Origin: an uncultured archaeon
GTDB taxonomy: Archaea; Aenigmatarchaeota; Aenigmatarchaeia; QMZP01; JAFGSV01
Reading direction: 5' to 3'
Assembly (NCBI GenBank): GCA_964442905.1
Contig: CAYUBD010000001.1
Span: 1-49,841, forward strand
Length of the DNA stretch: 49,841 bases
Below, in pieces: positions 27,093-34,424 of this stretch. The notes beneath the pieces were generated by a model that was not told where the DNA came from, did no database searches, and was given only the letters and a program-made list of their open reading frames with translations. The first letter of the stretch is position 1. The number at the start of each line of letters is the position of its first letter. A program made the translations under genes and the position numbers.

Positions 27093-27427
27093 CCTGACAG
27101 CCTCCTCTTTCTTGTATCAAGGCTCTTCCAGTGCGGATAAATCAGTATGATGAAAGACAGCATGAGCGCAGTCACTGCCAGGCTTATGACTATGGAAGTC
27201 AGGGTGAGCGCCTGTGGAATAGGCAGCACCATTTCAAGCTGCGTGGCAGCCGTGAATATGGGCGCTATCCCTCCTTCCCTGTATCCAAGTGAGACCAGGA
27301 AAAGATTCACGCCGCCGCTTATCACGGTTATCGCCATGACTATCTTTATCAGGTTCTTCTTGAGCACAGCCGCGGATATGCCCAGCGTAATCATCAGCAC
27401 GACTGCAATGAAGTGTATGCTTATCAT
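27089..27427 (-). CDS. mbhG: Membrane-bound hydrogenase subunit MbhG (MrpC/NuoK-like)
   Basis: Three-TM small protein in the collinear position. Confidence 0.7.
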   Translation of the reverse strand: MISIHFIAVVLMITLGISAAVLKKNLIKIVMAITVISGGVNLFLVSLGYREGGIAPIFTAATQLEMVLPIPQALTLTSIVISLAVTALMLSFIILIYPHWKSLDTRKRRLSG

Positions 27428-27894
27428 TCTTCCTCCTTGGGGTAGTTGAACATGAGCACCAGAATCGCGGTCAGTGCGGCAGCGACCTCAAGGCCCACCG
27501 CGACGTTCATGATGGGCACCACACCACCGCTCAGCAGGTAACCGGGATTCGGCCCGAACGGTACGGACATCCCGAAATAATATGAGCTGTTGGCCAGGTA
27601 GTTGCTGAAGAAGGTGAATGAAAGTCCTACCAGAGCAACCAGGCCGAAAAGAAGCAGGCCTATGCTTTCAGCCATGGAGAATAGTCCCTCCCTTCCCGCG
27701 AGCTTCCTGGCCTTGTCCTTTCCAAACGCCACAAGGAACATTGCTACAAGCGTTGCCAGGATTGCTCCTCCCGGGAATCCGCCGCCAGGTGACAGGTGCC
27801 CGTGGACGATAACATAGAAACCGAACATCATTACCGGAACCAGAAGTATGCCGACAACTGTTCTCACAATTACGGACATTTCCGAACCTATCAT
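27424..27894 (-). CDS. mbhF: Membrane-bound hydrogenase subunit MbhF (MrpB-like)
   Basis: Polytopic membrane protein in the collinear position. Confidence 0.7.
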   Translation of the reverse strand: MIGSEMSVIVRTVVGILLVPVMMFGFYVIVHGHLSPGGGFPGGAILATLVAMFLVAFGKDKARKLAGREGLFSMAESIGLLLFGLVALVGLSFTFFSNYLANSSYYFGMSVPFGPNPGYLLSGGVVPIMNVAVGLEVAAALTAILVLMFNYPKEEE

Positions 27895-28169
27895 CTTCCG
27901 AACCCCCTGAACAAAAGGAAAATACCGCTGGCTGCCGCGAAGAGTACACTAGCTTCGCCAAGTGTGTCCAGACCCCTGTAATCGAATAATATCGCAGCCA
28001 CGATGTTGTTTGATCCTGTATCGGCCTGGCCGTTTTGTATGAAGTAATCATCCATGGTGGCGTGTGATGGCATGCCGAAGTCATGAAGCTTCGTTGACGT
28101 AAAGACAAGGAATGCGAACAGCGCCAGCAGCGTCAGCACCTTAAACGTCTTTATCTTACACATTCTCAT
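27891..28169 (-). CDS. mbhE: Membrane-bound hydrogenase subunit MbhE
   Basis: Small membrane protein in the collinear position. Confidence 0.65.
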   Translation of the reverse strand: MRMCKIKTFKVLTLLALFAFLVFTSTKLHDFGMPSHATMDDYFIQNGQADTGSNNIVAAILFDYRGLDTLGEASVLFAAASGIFLLFRGFGR

Positions 28170-28404
28170 ACCTCTCTGTCTTTCTTATGGCCATCATGAA
28201 TATGGCGGTCGTCAGCCCTGCTCCCACGGCAGCCTCTGCTATGGCTACGTCCGGGGCATGAAGCAGGTAGAACTCCACGGACAGCAGAAGGCTCATGGCT
28301 GCCAGATAGATGACTGAAACGAGCAGGTCACGCACCTTTAGTGCCATGAATGCGGTACCTACCACACCGGCTAGCAGCAGCCCGTGTATGACCTCCAGTA
28401 TCAT
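28156..28404 (-). CDS. mbhD: Membrane-bound hydrogenase subunit MbhD
   Basis: Small three-TM protein in the collinear position. Confidence 0.65.
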   Translation of the reverse strand: MILEVIHGLLLAGVVGTAFMALKVRDLLVSVIYLAAMSLLLSVEFYLLHAPDVAIAEAAVGAGLTTAIFMMAIRKTERYENV

Positions 28405-28748
28405 TTCTTTGCACCCCCAAGAGCATCCACTATGGCTTTTGCAGGCTTTATTCCGCTCCTGTGGGCGGCCCTTGCTATGGCATGCGCACCGGTAGGGTTT
28501 GTAAGGAGTATGATGAACATCACTATGAATGTGTGTACAGAAAGGGATACATAGACAATCTCACCGGAAAGGACCATCATTACACCGTAGGCAATGACCC
28601 CGAGATAGAGGAATATCGAACCGAACGTTGTGCACTTGGTCGCACCATGCATCCTTGTGTAAACGTCAGGGAACCTGTGGAGGGCGAGCGTTCCAAGTGT
28701 ATGGAAAATCATGCCTATTCCTATCAGAAGGTATACCAGCCAGTTCAT
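28401..28748 (-). CDS. mbhC: Membrane-bound hydrogenase subunit MbhC (MrpG-like)
   Basis: MnhG-like 'HAxxKxxxxG' region ('MHGATKCTTFG'). Confidence 0.7.
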   Translation of the reverse strand: MNWLVYLLIGIGMIFHTLGTLALHRFPDVYTRMHGATKCTTFGSIFLYLGVIAYGVMMVLSGEIVYVSLSVHTFIVMFIILLTNPTGAHAIARAAHRSGIKPAKAIVDALGGAKK

Positions 28749-29029
28749 GCCCTCTCCTCCAGGTATTTTGATATGAAGAGGGTGGTCACGAAAGCCAGCA
28801 TGGCATACACGATCGCAACATCCACGTATATGATTTCACCGAATGCAGCTCCGAGCAGCACGAAGGTAGCCACTGCAAGCGTATTTATGGTGTCGACGGC
28901 CACGACCCTGTCAGGTGCGGTCTTTCCAAGGAAAGCCCTGATTACGGCTACCATCATCAGAAGTACCAGTACGCCTGATACCAGCAGGAATTCGCTTCCC
29001 ATTATCATTCTGCTATCCTCCTCGCCCAT
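28745..29029 (-). CDS. mbhB: Membrane-bound hydrogenase subunit MbhB (MrpF-like)
   Basis: Three-TM small protein in the collinear position. Confidence 0.7.
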   Translation of the reverse strand: MGEEDSRMIMGSEFLLVSGVLVLLMMVAVIRAFLGKTAPDRVVAVDTINTLAVATFVLLGAAFGEIIYVDVAIVYAMLAFVTTLFISKYLEERA

Positions 29030-29520
29030 TTGATGAACGAGCCGCAGACTTCCTCTGGCTTCGGTGTCTTGCTGTCAAGGTGTATGCAGTGCACATAAAT
29101 GTTGTTCTTCTCGTCGACATCAACTGACAGCGTCCCAGGTGTAAGCGTTATGGAATTTGCAAGAAGAGCTACTCCAAAATCGTTTCTGAGCCCGGTTGGA
29201 ACCTTTACAATTCCTGGCCTTATTCTTCCTGTAATTACCCTATATGCCACGTCAATATTCGCCTTGGCCATGCTGAAGAATAGTGGCCCGACAGCATAAA
29301 TCACGAACTTTGCTATTCGTGCAGGGCTGATGAATCCAATGGCTGATTTGACATGCACGCCCTTCAGCATCTTCCTTACCACAACAGCAGTAAAAAAGGA
29401 AAAAACCAGACCGGTTGCCGCTTCACTCGTGCTCCAGAAAAGGATGTCTGTGCCTGACCCTGCAGTAAGAGCCAGATAGAATATCAGCGAAAAAACGAAT
29501 GAGACAACCAAAACTGCCAT
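29005..29520 (-). CDS. mbhA: Membrane-bound hydrogenase subunit MbhA (MrpE-like)
   Basis: MrpE-like protein and first gene of the array. The start is set at the ATG at 29520 (MAVLVVSF); the track ORF uses an upstream TTG that would overlap the FTR-like gene. Confidence 0.7.
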   Translation of the reverse strand: MAVLVVSFVFSLIFYLALTAGSGTDILFWSTSEAATGLVFSFFTAVVVRKMLKGVHVKSAIGFISPARIAKFVIYAVGPLFFSMAKANIDVAYRVITGRIRPGIVKVPTGLRNDFGVALLANSITLTPGTLSVDVDEKNNIYVHCIHLDSKTPKPEEVCGSFIKWARRIAE

Positions 29521-29564
29521 ACAGATTATTGTATCGCGGTTATTATATTTATTCGAGTTAGACG

Positions 29565-29828
29565 CTATTTCACAAAAAGGTTGCAATGGCAGTGACCCAT
29601 TTCATTTATCTCGTCCTTGTGGTAGATGCACGGGCAGATTATCTTTTTGTCCACTTCCTTGTTTCCTGTGACCATCCTGCACGGGCAGTATCTGGCTCCG
29701 TGCTTCTTCTCGTTCGCAAGAAGACCATTGCAGAGACCCTCGACTATTTTATCATTGGGATTAAGTTTGAATCCCTGGCTTTCAGCATATTTGGCATATG
29801 TCTTCTTCATCTGTTCTTTCTCATCCAT
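29565..29828 (-). CDS. Ferredoxin:thioredoxin reductase catalytic-subunit-like protein (FTRc/FDR family)
   Basis: Diagnostic CPC ... CPC ... CHC spacing ('YCPCRM', 'ICPCIYH', 'GHCHCNLF'). Confidence 0.8.
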   Translation of the reverse strand: MDEKEQMKKTYAKYAESQGFKLNPNDKIVEGLCNGLLANEKKHGARYCPCRMVTGNKEVDKKIICPCIYHKDEINEMGHCHCNLFVK

Positions 29829-29881
29829 GTAATCAACTCCTAAAGCTAATGAAATTATCTAAATAAAATATTGTGTGCAGT

Positions 29882-30049
29882 TCACTTGCTTATCGCTCCA
29901 ACAGGACACGCACTTATGCCTTCATCGATGCATGATGCCTTTGGGTCCTTGACGTGGGCCTTCCCGTCGTCTTTTATCTCGAATCCGTCAGGACATACTG
30001 CTGTGCAAGCACCGCAGCCTATGCATTTATCTGCGTCAACATTAACCAT
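29882..30049 (-). CDS. Mono-cluster [4Fe-4S] ferredoxin (55 aa; shorter than every ORF listed in the supplied track)
   Basis: Hand translation of the minus strand gives MVNVDADKCIGCGACTAVCPDGFEIKDDGKAHVKDPKASCIDEGISACPVGAISK. GGAGGT lies 7 nt upstream of the ATG. The overlapping plus-strand 60-aa ORF has no motif. Confidence 0.8.
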   Translation of the reverse strand: MVNVDADKCIGCGACTAVCPDGFEIKDDGKAHVKDPKASCIDEGISACPVGAISK

Positions 30050-30103
30050 TTGAAAACCTCCATCGTCCTTATTAGCTCGGATGATTAATAAATATTACGA
30101 TTA

Positions 30104-30484
30104 TCATTTCACTCCGTCAAGAACAAAACATGCTTCATAGACTACTTCTATACCATGCTCTTTGCAGAAAACCACGGCCTTCCTGGATTCGGAACCTGGC
30201 TGCATCCATATCCTGCCGATTCCAAGGCGCTTACATTCCTTTACTATCTTCTCCGTTACTTTTGGTTTGACTACAACTAGAACGATGTCAGGTTTTTCAG
30301 GAAGCGATTCGATGTCAGGAAAACACGGCTCACCATCTATCTGACTCTGCTTGGGATTCACAGGGAAAACAGTGAATCCATCTTTCCTGAGCTGTCTGAA
30401 TATCTTGTAACCCCATTTCTCAGGATTTCTTGAAGCACCTACAAGTGCAATTATATTATCCTTTTTCAGAAAATCACTGTTCAT
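30104..30484 (-). CDS. CoA-binding domain protein (YccU-like)
   Basis: 'IALVGASRNPEKWGY ... VFPVNP ... DIVLVVV' Rossmann-like CoA-binding signature. Confidence 0.75.
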   Translation of the reverse strand: MNSDFLKKDNIIALVGASRNPEKWGYKIFRQLRKDGFTVFPVNPKQSQIDGEPCFPDIESLPEKPDIVLVVVKPKVTEKIVKECKRLGIGRIWMQPGSESRKAVVFCKEHGIEVVYEACFVLDGVK

Positions 30485-30527
30485 GCAGCACCATCTCATA
30501 TTTTACTTGATATTCCTGCCATGCCAT

Positions 30528-30848
30528 TCAACCACCAAAAATCCGCTTGATTAAAGATTTCCTCAGGCCAAGAAGGTTTTCTATATCCTTTCTGAGGTTT
30601 TCTTCACTGGGTACACCGACTATCCTTTTGACAACTTTGCTGTCATCATCCACGAAGATCATGGCCGGTGTAGCATTTACATCATAGCTCAGTGCCAGAC
30701 TTTTTCCTTCGTTTCCCTTTGTCTTGATCCTTGTAAGAGTCAGTCCGTGCTCATAATATTCTGGTGCTACGCTGTTCGCGACCTTCTCTGCCTTCGGGCA
30801 GTGCGGACAGTTTGATGAAACAAAAAGCAACAACTTCATGACTTTCAC
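30528..30848 (-). CDS. Glutaredoxin-like/thioredoxin-fold protein (CPHC active site)
   Basis: 'LLLFVSSNCPHCPKAEKV' and the cis-Pro region 'ATPAMIF'. Its start overlaps the upstream thioredoxin stop by 4 nt. Confidence 0.7.
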   Translation of the reverse strand: MKVMKLLLFVSSNCPHCPKAEKVANSVAPEYYEHGLTLTRIKTKGNEGKSLALSYDVNATPAMIFVDDDSKVVKRIVGVPSEENLRKDIENLLGLRKSLIKRIFGG

Positions 30849-31186
30849 AAGTGCTTTTCAAGCCATTCCTTTACCATGTGCTGTGGCATGCTGCCGATGA
30901 AGTCTGCAACGACCTTCCCGTCCTTGAACATCATGACTGCAGGTATGCTGCTGACGTTGTATTTCCGGGCGTTTTCGGTGCTCTCATCGACGTTGACCTT
31001 TGCCAGTATGAACTTCCCGTCATATTCCTCTGAAAGCAATGTCAGTATCGGACTCAGGATGTTGCATGGCCCGCACCAAGGTGCCCAGAAATCGATAACA
31101 ACAGGAACTTTCTGCGACTGGTCTATAACCTTCTCCTGGAATTCGCTGTCAGAAACCTCGATTGTGTTTTTCATAAATTCCTCCAA
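30845..31186 (-). CDS. trxA: Thioredoxin (WCGPC)
   Basis: 'VVIDFWAPWCGPCNIL ... SIPAVMMFKDG'. Confidence 0.9.
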   Translation of the reverse strand: MEEFMKNTIEVSDSEFQEKVIDQSQKVPVVIDFWAPWCGPCNILSPILTLLSEEYDGKFILAKVNVDESTENARKYNVSSIPAVMMFKDGKVVADFIGSMPQHMVKEWLEKHL

Positions 31187-31227
31187 TCAGAACAATTCGC
31201 TTAGCACATTAAAATATCTTTCGCTTC

Positions 31228-31431
31228 TCAGTTCTTTTTCTTTCTGACCTTTATCTTCTTCGGCATGCCGAAAATCTTGTTTTGACCGAGAGCCTCGAGT
31301 TTGTATCTTCCGCAGTCCCTGAACTTCCCATTGCAGTACTTCTTTATAAGGTCCTTCTCACCCCTCATTTCATAAACGATCTTCAGGGGACAGTAGTCGA
31401 ACAGCTTGCATCTTCTCGCCTTTCCGGGCAT
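31228..31431 (-). CDS. Small Cys-rich protein with a lysine-rich tail (67 aa)
   Basis: Four Cys (C..C at 'CKLFDYC' and 'YCNGKFRDC') and the tail 'KKIKVRKKKN'. It starts directly after the znuB stop. Confidence 0.5.
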   Translation of the reverse strand: MPGKARRCKLFDYCPLKIVYEMRGEKDLIKKYCNGKFRDCGRYKLEALGQNKIFGMPKKIKVRKKKN

Positions 31432-32244
31432 TCAGCCACCTGCAATTTTGTCAAGAGACAGTCCCAATATATAAATCAATGATGTAATGAGCACTATAAC
31501 AGGACCTGTCGGCAGGTTGGTCATGTATGAAAGCAGAAGACCGGAAGTCATTGCCGCAAGAGTTATCAACGTAGCAGATATCATCATCTTCTTTATGGTC
31601 CTGCAGAAGATACGTGAAGTTGCCGCCGGCATGGTGAGTATTGCAATCAAAAGCACTATCCCCACAGCCTGTATAAGCATGACTATCGTGAGTGCTATAA
31701 GGGATATGAGCACAGTATACACTACGGAAACCGGCACGTTCCTTATCTGAGCATGCTCCTCGTCGTATGTAACTGACATAATGGTGTTGAACATCAAAAC
31801 TGTCGTTAAGATTACCACCACATCAAGCATGGCTATGAGTATAATATCTGTTGTGCTTACCAGTATGATGTTTCCGAAAAGGTATGAGAAGAGATCAGCT
31901 GCATAACCCGGAGTCATGAACATGAAAATGAGGCCTATTGCCATTCCTGTCGCCCATGAGAAGCTAAGCATTACGTCAAACCTTTCACCGTTTTTTCTCA
32001 TGAGTGATATGCCAAGAGAAGACAGAAGGCTGAAGATCAGCGCTCCTAATATCGGATTTGCTCCGAGGAAGTAGCTTATTCCAAGACCGCCAAAGGTGGT
32101 ATGAGATATGGAACCCGTTATCATCGACATCTTCTTTACGACTATGTAAGTACCGATTATGCCGCTTGCGAGAGAAGCAAGAACACTCATAAGCAGGGCG
32201 TTCTGAAAAAACTGGTAAGACAGCATCTCAATCATTAAGACCAC
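31432..32244 (-). CDS. znuB: Zinc/manganese ABC transporter permease
   Basis: ABC-3-family polytopic permease that overlaps the ATPase gene. Confidence 0.85.
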   Translation of the reverse strand: MVLMIEMLSYQFFQNALLMSVLASLASGIIGTYIVVKKMSMITGSISHTTFGGLGISYFLGANPILGALIFSLLSSLGISLMRKNGERFDVMLSFSWATGMAIGLIFMFMTPGYAADLFSYLFGNIILVSTTDIILIAMLDVVVILTTVLMFNTIMSVTYDEEHAQIRNVPVSVVYTVLISLIALTIVMLIQAVGIVLLIAILTMPAATSRIFCRTIKKMMISATLITLAAMTSGLLLSYMTNLPTGPVIVLITSLIYILGLSLDKIAGG

Positions 32245-32941
32245 ACGTCCTTTGGATTATGTCCTTGCCTTTTTCATGATAGCCGAGACTGTGGAAGTTG
32301 CACTTGTTTATGCATGCGACTTCTTTTGCGTATTTTGAGATAAGTTCCAGGTTGTGATCAACGACTACAACTGCGATCCCTTTGTTTATTTCCTTTAGGA
32401 TTCTGTATAGGTCTTCCTTCATCTTGATGTCAACGTTTGCTGTAGGTTCGTCAAGTATGATTATCTTCGGCTTGCTTGCAATGGCCCTTGATATGAAAAC
32501 CCTCTGCTTTTCTCCGCCAGACAGTTCACTCAGCATCTTGTCCTTAAATTCGAATATTTTCATTTTTTTCATTGCGTCCTCTGCGATCATTCTGTCCTTT
32601 TCAGAGAACCACTTGAATAAGCTATTTCCCAGCGTGCTCGTCATGACTACCTGTTCAACGGTTATGGGGTAATTGAAATCGATATCTTCGAATTGCGAAA
32701 GGTATCCTACTTCCCTCCTGCCTTTCTTCGGACTTTTTCCAAAAACCTTTATTTCCCCCGAATCGGGCCTGAGAAGGCCAAGTATGAGCTTAATGAGCGT
32801 GGTCTTGCCTCCGCCGTTCGGACCGACTATTCCAAGGAAATCCTTTTCATAAATCTTCAGACTGACGTTTTCTATAAGCTCTTCTCCATTATAGCTGAAC
32901 GATACATCTTTAAGTTCTATTATATCTTTCTTGGCGGCCAT
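32228..32941 (-). CDS. znuC: Zinc/manganese ABC transporter ATPase
   Basis: Walker A 'GPNGGGKTT', signature 'LSGGEKQR' and Walker B 'IIILDEP'. Confidence 0.9.
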   Translation of the reverse strand: MAAKKDIIELKDVSFSYNGEELIENVSLKIYEKDFLGIVGPNGGGKTTLIKLILGLLRPDSGEIKVFGKSPKKGRREVGYLSQFEDIDFNYPITVEQVVMTSTLGNSLFKWFSEKDRMIAEDAMKKMKIFEFKDKMLSELSGGEKQRVFISRAIASKPKIIILDEPTANVDIKMKEDLYRILKEINKGIAVVVVDHNLELISKYAKEVACINKCNFHSLGYHEKGKDIIQRTCGLND

Positions 32942-32995
32942 TTTAATCTCCTGTTAAAAGAATTGATTATGAGAATAAAAGAATTTAAGAAAAGA

Positions 32996-33907
32996 TTAGG
33001 TTACAAGTTCTGAACTTATGGTGTCCCCTACCTGCATCATGTTCTCTATATAATTCTCTGAAAGAGGGTCTATCTGTACCACTACCCCTTTAATCTGCTC
33101 CGCGACTGATTGTGCCGTCTCGGTGCTGAACTGGCTCTGGACGAATATGACCTTTATGTCGTGCTCCGTTGCTTCCTCTATGATATGCGCAACATCCTGA
33201 ACTATCGGTTCCTTGCCTTCTTTCTCTATTGATATCTGCTCGAAACCATACTCATCTGCCAGGTATCCCCATGCCGGATGGAATACCAACATCTTCTTCG
33301 TGCTGATTCCTGACATCGTCTGCCTGAGTTTCGAGTCCAGTTCGTTGAGTCTTGCTATGTATGCATCGGCGTTTTTCCTGTATTCTGCCGCATTCTCAGG
33401 GTCGTATTCTGCGAGTGTCTCATATATGGTCCCGACCTGGATTATCACGCTCTTTGGTGAAAGCCATAAGTGTGGATCGATACCCTCGTGATTTTCTTCA
33501 TGCTCGTGTTCCTCACTTTCGGAAAAAAATCTCAGCTTTATGCCTTCACTCGTATCGACAACAATCATACCAGGGTTCATTGATTCTATCCTTGACGCGT
33601 GAGCCTTCTCGAATGCTATATGGCCTATACGGAAATATATTTCGGCCTTCTCGATGCTGACAGCATCTGCTGGGGTAAGCACATATGTTGCCGGGCTCGC
33701 ACCGGGCGAAATCAGTTCGACTACATTTACATGGTCCCCTCCGACCGAACTTACGAATTCCTTCTGCGGGATTATGCTTACTAAGACGTCTATTTTGCCA
33801 TTATCTGCCGTCTCTGCATTCTGCTGTAGGCATCCGGATGATGTCATGACCGCAAATACTGCAAGGACAGTGAGAATTCTATATCTGCCAAATCTCATCG
33901 GAATCAA
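32996..33907 (-). CDS. znuA: Zinc ABC transporter substrate-binding lipoprotein
   Basis: Lipobox 'TSSGC', an acidic/His-rich loop 'SESEEHEHEENHEGIDPHLW', and a cluster-9 SBP layout. Confidence 0.85.
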   Translation of the reverse strand: MIPMRFGRYRILTVLAVFAVMTSSGCLQQNAETADNGKIDVLVSIIPQKEFVSSVGGDHVNVVELISPGASPATYVLTPADAVSIEKAEIYFRIGHIAFEKAHASRIESMNPGMIVVDTSEGIKLRFFSESEEHEHEENHEGIDPHLWLSPKSVIIQVGTIYETLAEYDPENAAEYRKNADAYIARLNELDSKLRQTMSGISTKKMLVFHPAWGYLADEYGFEQISIEKEGKEPIVQDVAHIIEEATEHDIKVIFVQSQFSTETAQSVAEQIKGVVVQIDPLSENYIENMMQVGDTISSELVT

Positions 33908-33968
33908 TTATTATCCGGAATGGTAATTATTAAATGTTATTGATTGTTGTTATCAGTAAGGACAATCA

Positions 33969-34424
33969 TTAAACCCACCTTCTGACTTTCTTCCTGTAAT
34001 CCAGATATTTCTTCCCGAAGGCCTTCTCAAGGTTCTTATCCTCGTCACCTATAAATATGTATTTCATCATTGCCACGAAAGCAAAGGGGAAAATGAACGT
34101 GAGAAGTGATCCGAGAAGCACGGATTCCCCGAGCAGTATCATGAACATTCCCAGGTACATGGGATGCCTACTTATCCTGAATACGCCTGAGACAACGAGC
34201 TTTGAGGGCATTAGGTGGGGCTTCACGGTCGTGGAATTCTTCTTGAACGCCATGTCAGCCTGGATGTTGAGCATGATGCCTATAATTATCAGCAGCGTAC
34301 CGGCATAGGAAACGGGCGCTTCTATCACTGCAACTGAAGGCAAAAGTAAATGCACGACTGCTGACACCGCAAGAAGCATGAGGAAGTAGTTGGTCGGCAT
34401 TATTCTGTTCAGTTTCATACCCAT
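33969..34424 (-). CDS. ICMT/PEMT-family membrane methyltransferase-like protein
   Basis: 'GVFRISRHPMYLG' and the C-terminal 'E...L...FG..Y..Y...V' motif. Confidence 0.65.
   Translation of the reverse strand: MGMKLNRIMPTNYFLMLLAVSAVVHLLLPSVAVIEAPVSYAGTLLIIIGIMLNIQADMAFKKNSTTVKPHLMPSKLVVSGVFRISRHPMYLGMFMILLGESVLLGSLLTFIFPFAFVAMMKYIFIGDEDKNLEKAFGKKYLDYRKKVRRWV

Noticed and set aside
29871-30053. Plus-strand 60-aa ORF from the supplied track
   Set aside because: The minus strand of the same interval encodes a clean CxxCxxCxxxCP ferredoxin with a GGAGGT ribosome-binding site. The plus-strand product has no features.
33906-33932. Direct repeat AATTATTA (33906-33913 and 33925-33932) upstream of or at the znuA start, as a possible Zn-regulator site
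   Set aside because: It is a very AT-rich octamer in a promoter region. It is indistinguishable from TATA-like sequence, and one copy overlaps the alternative start codon.
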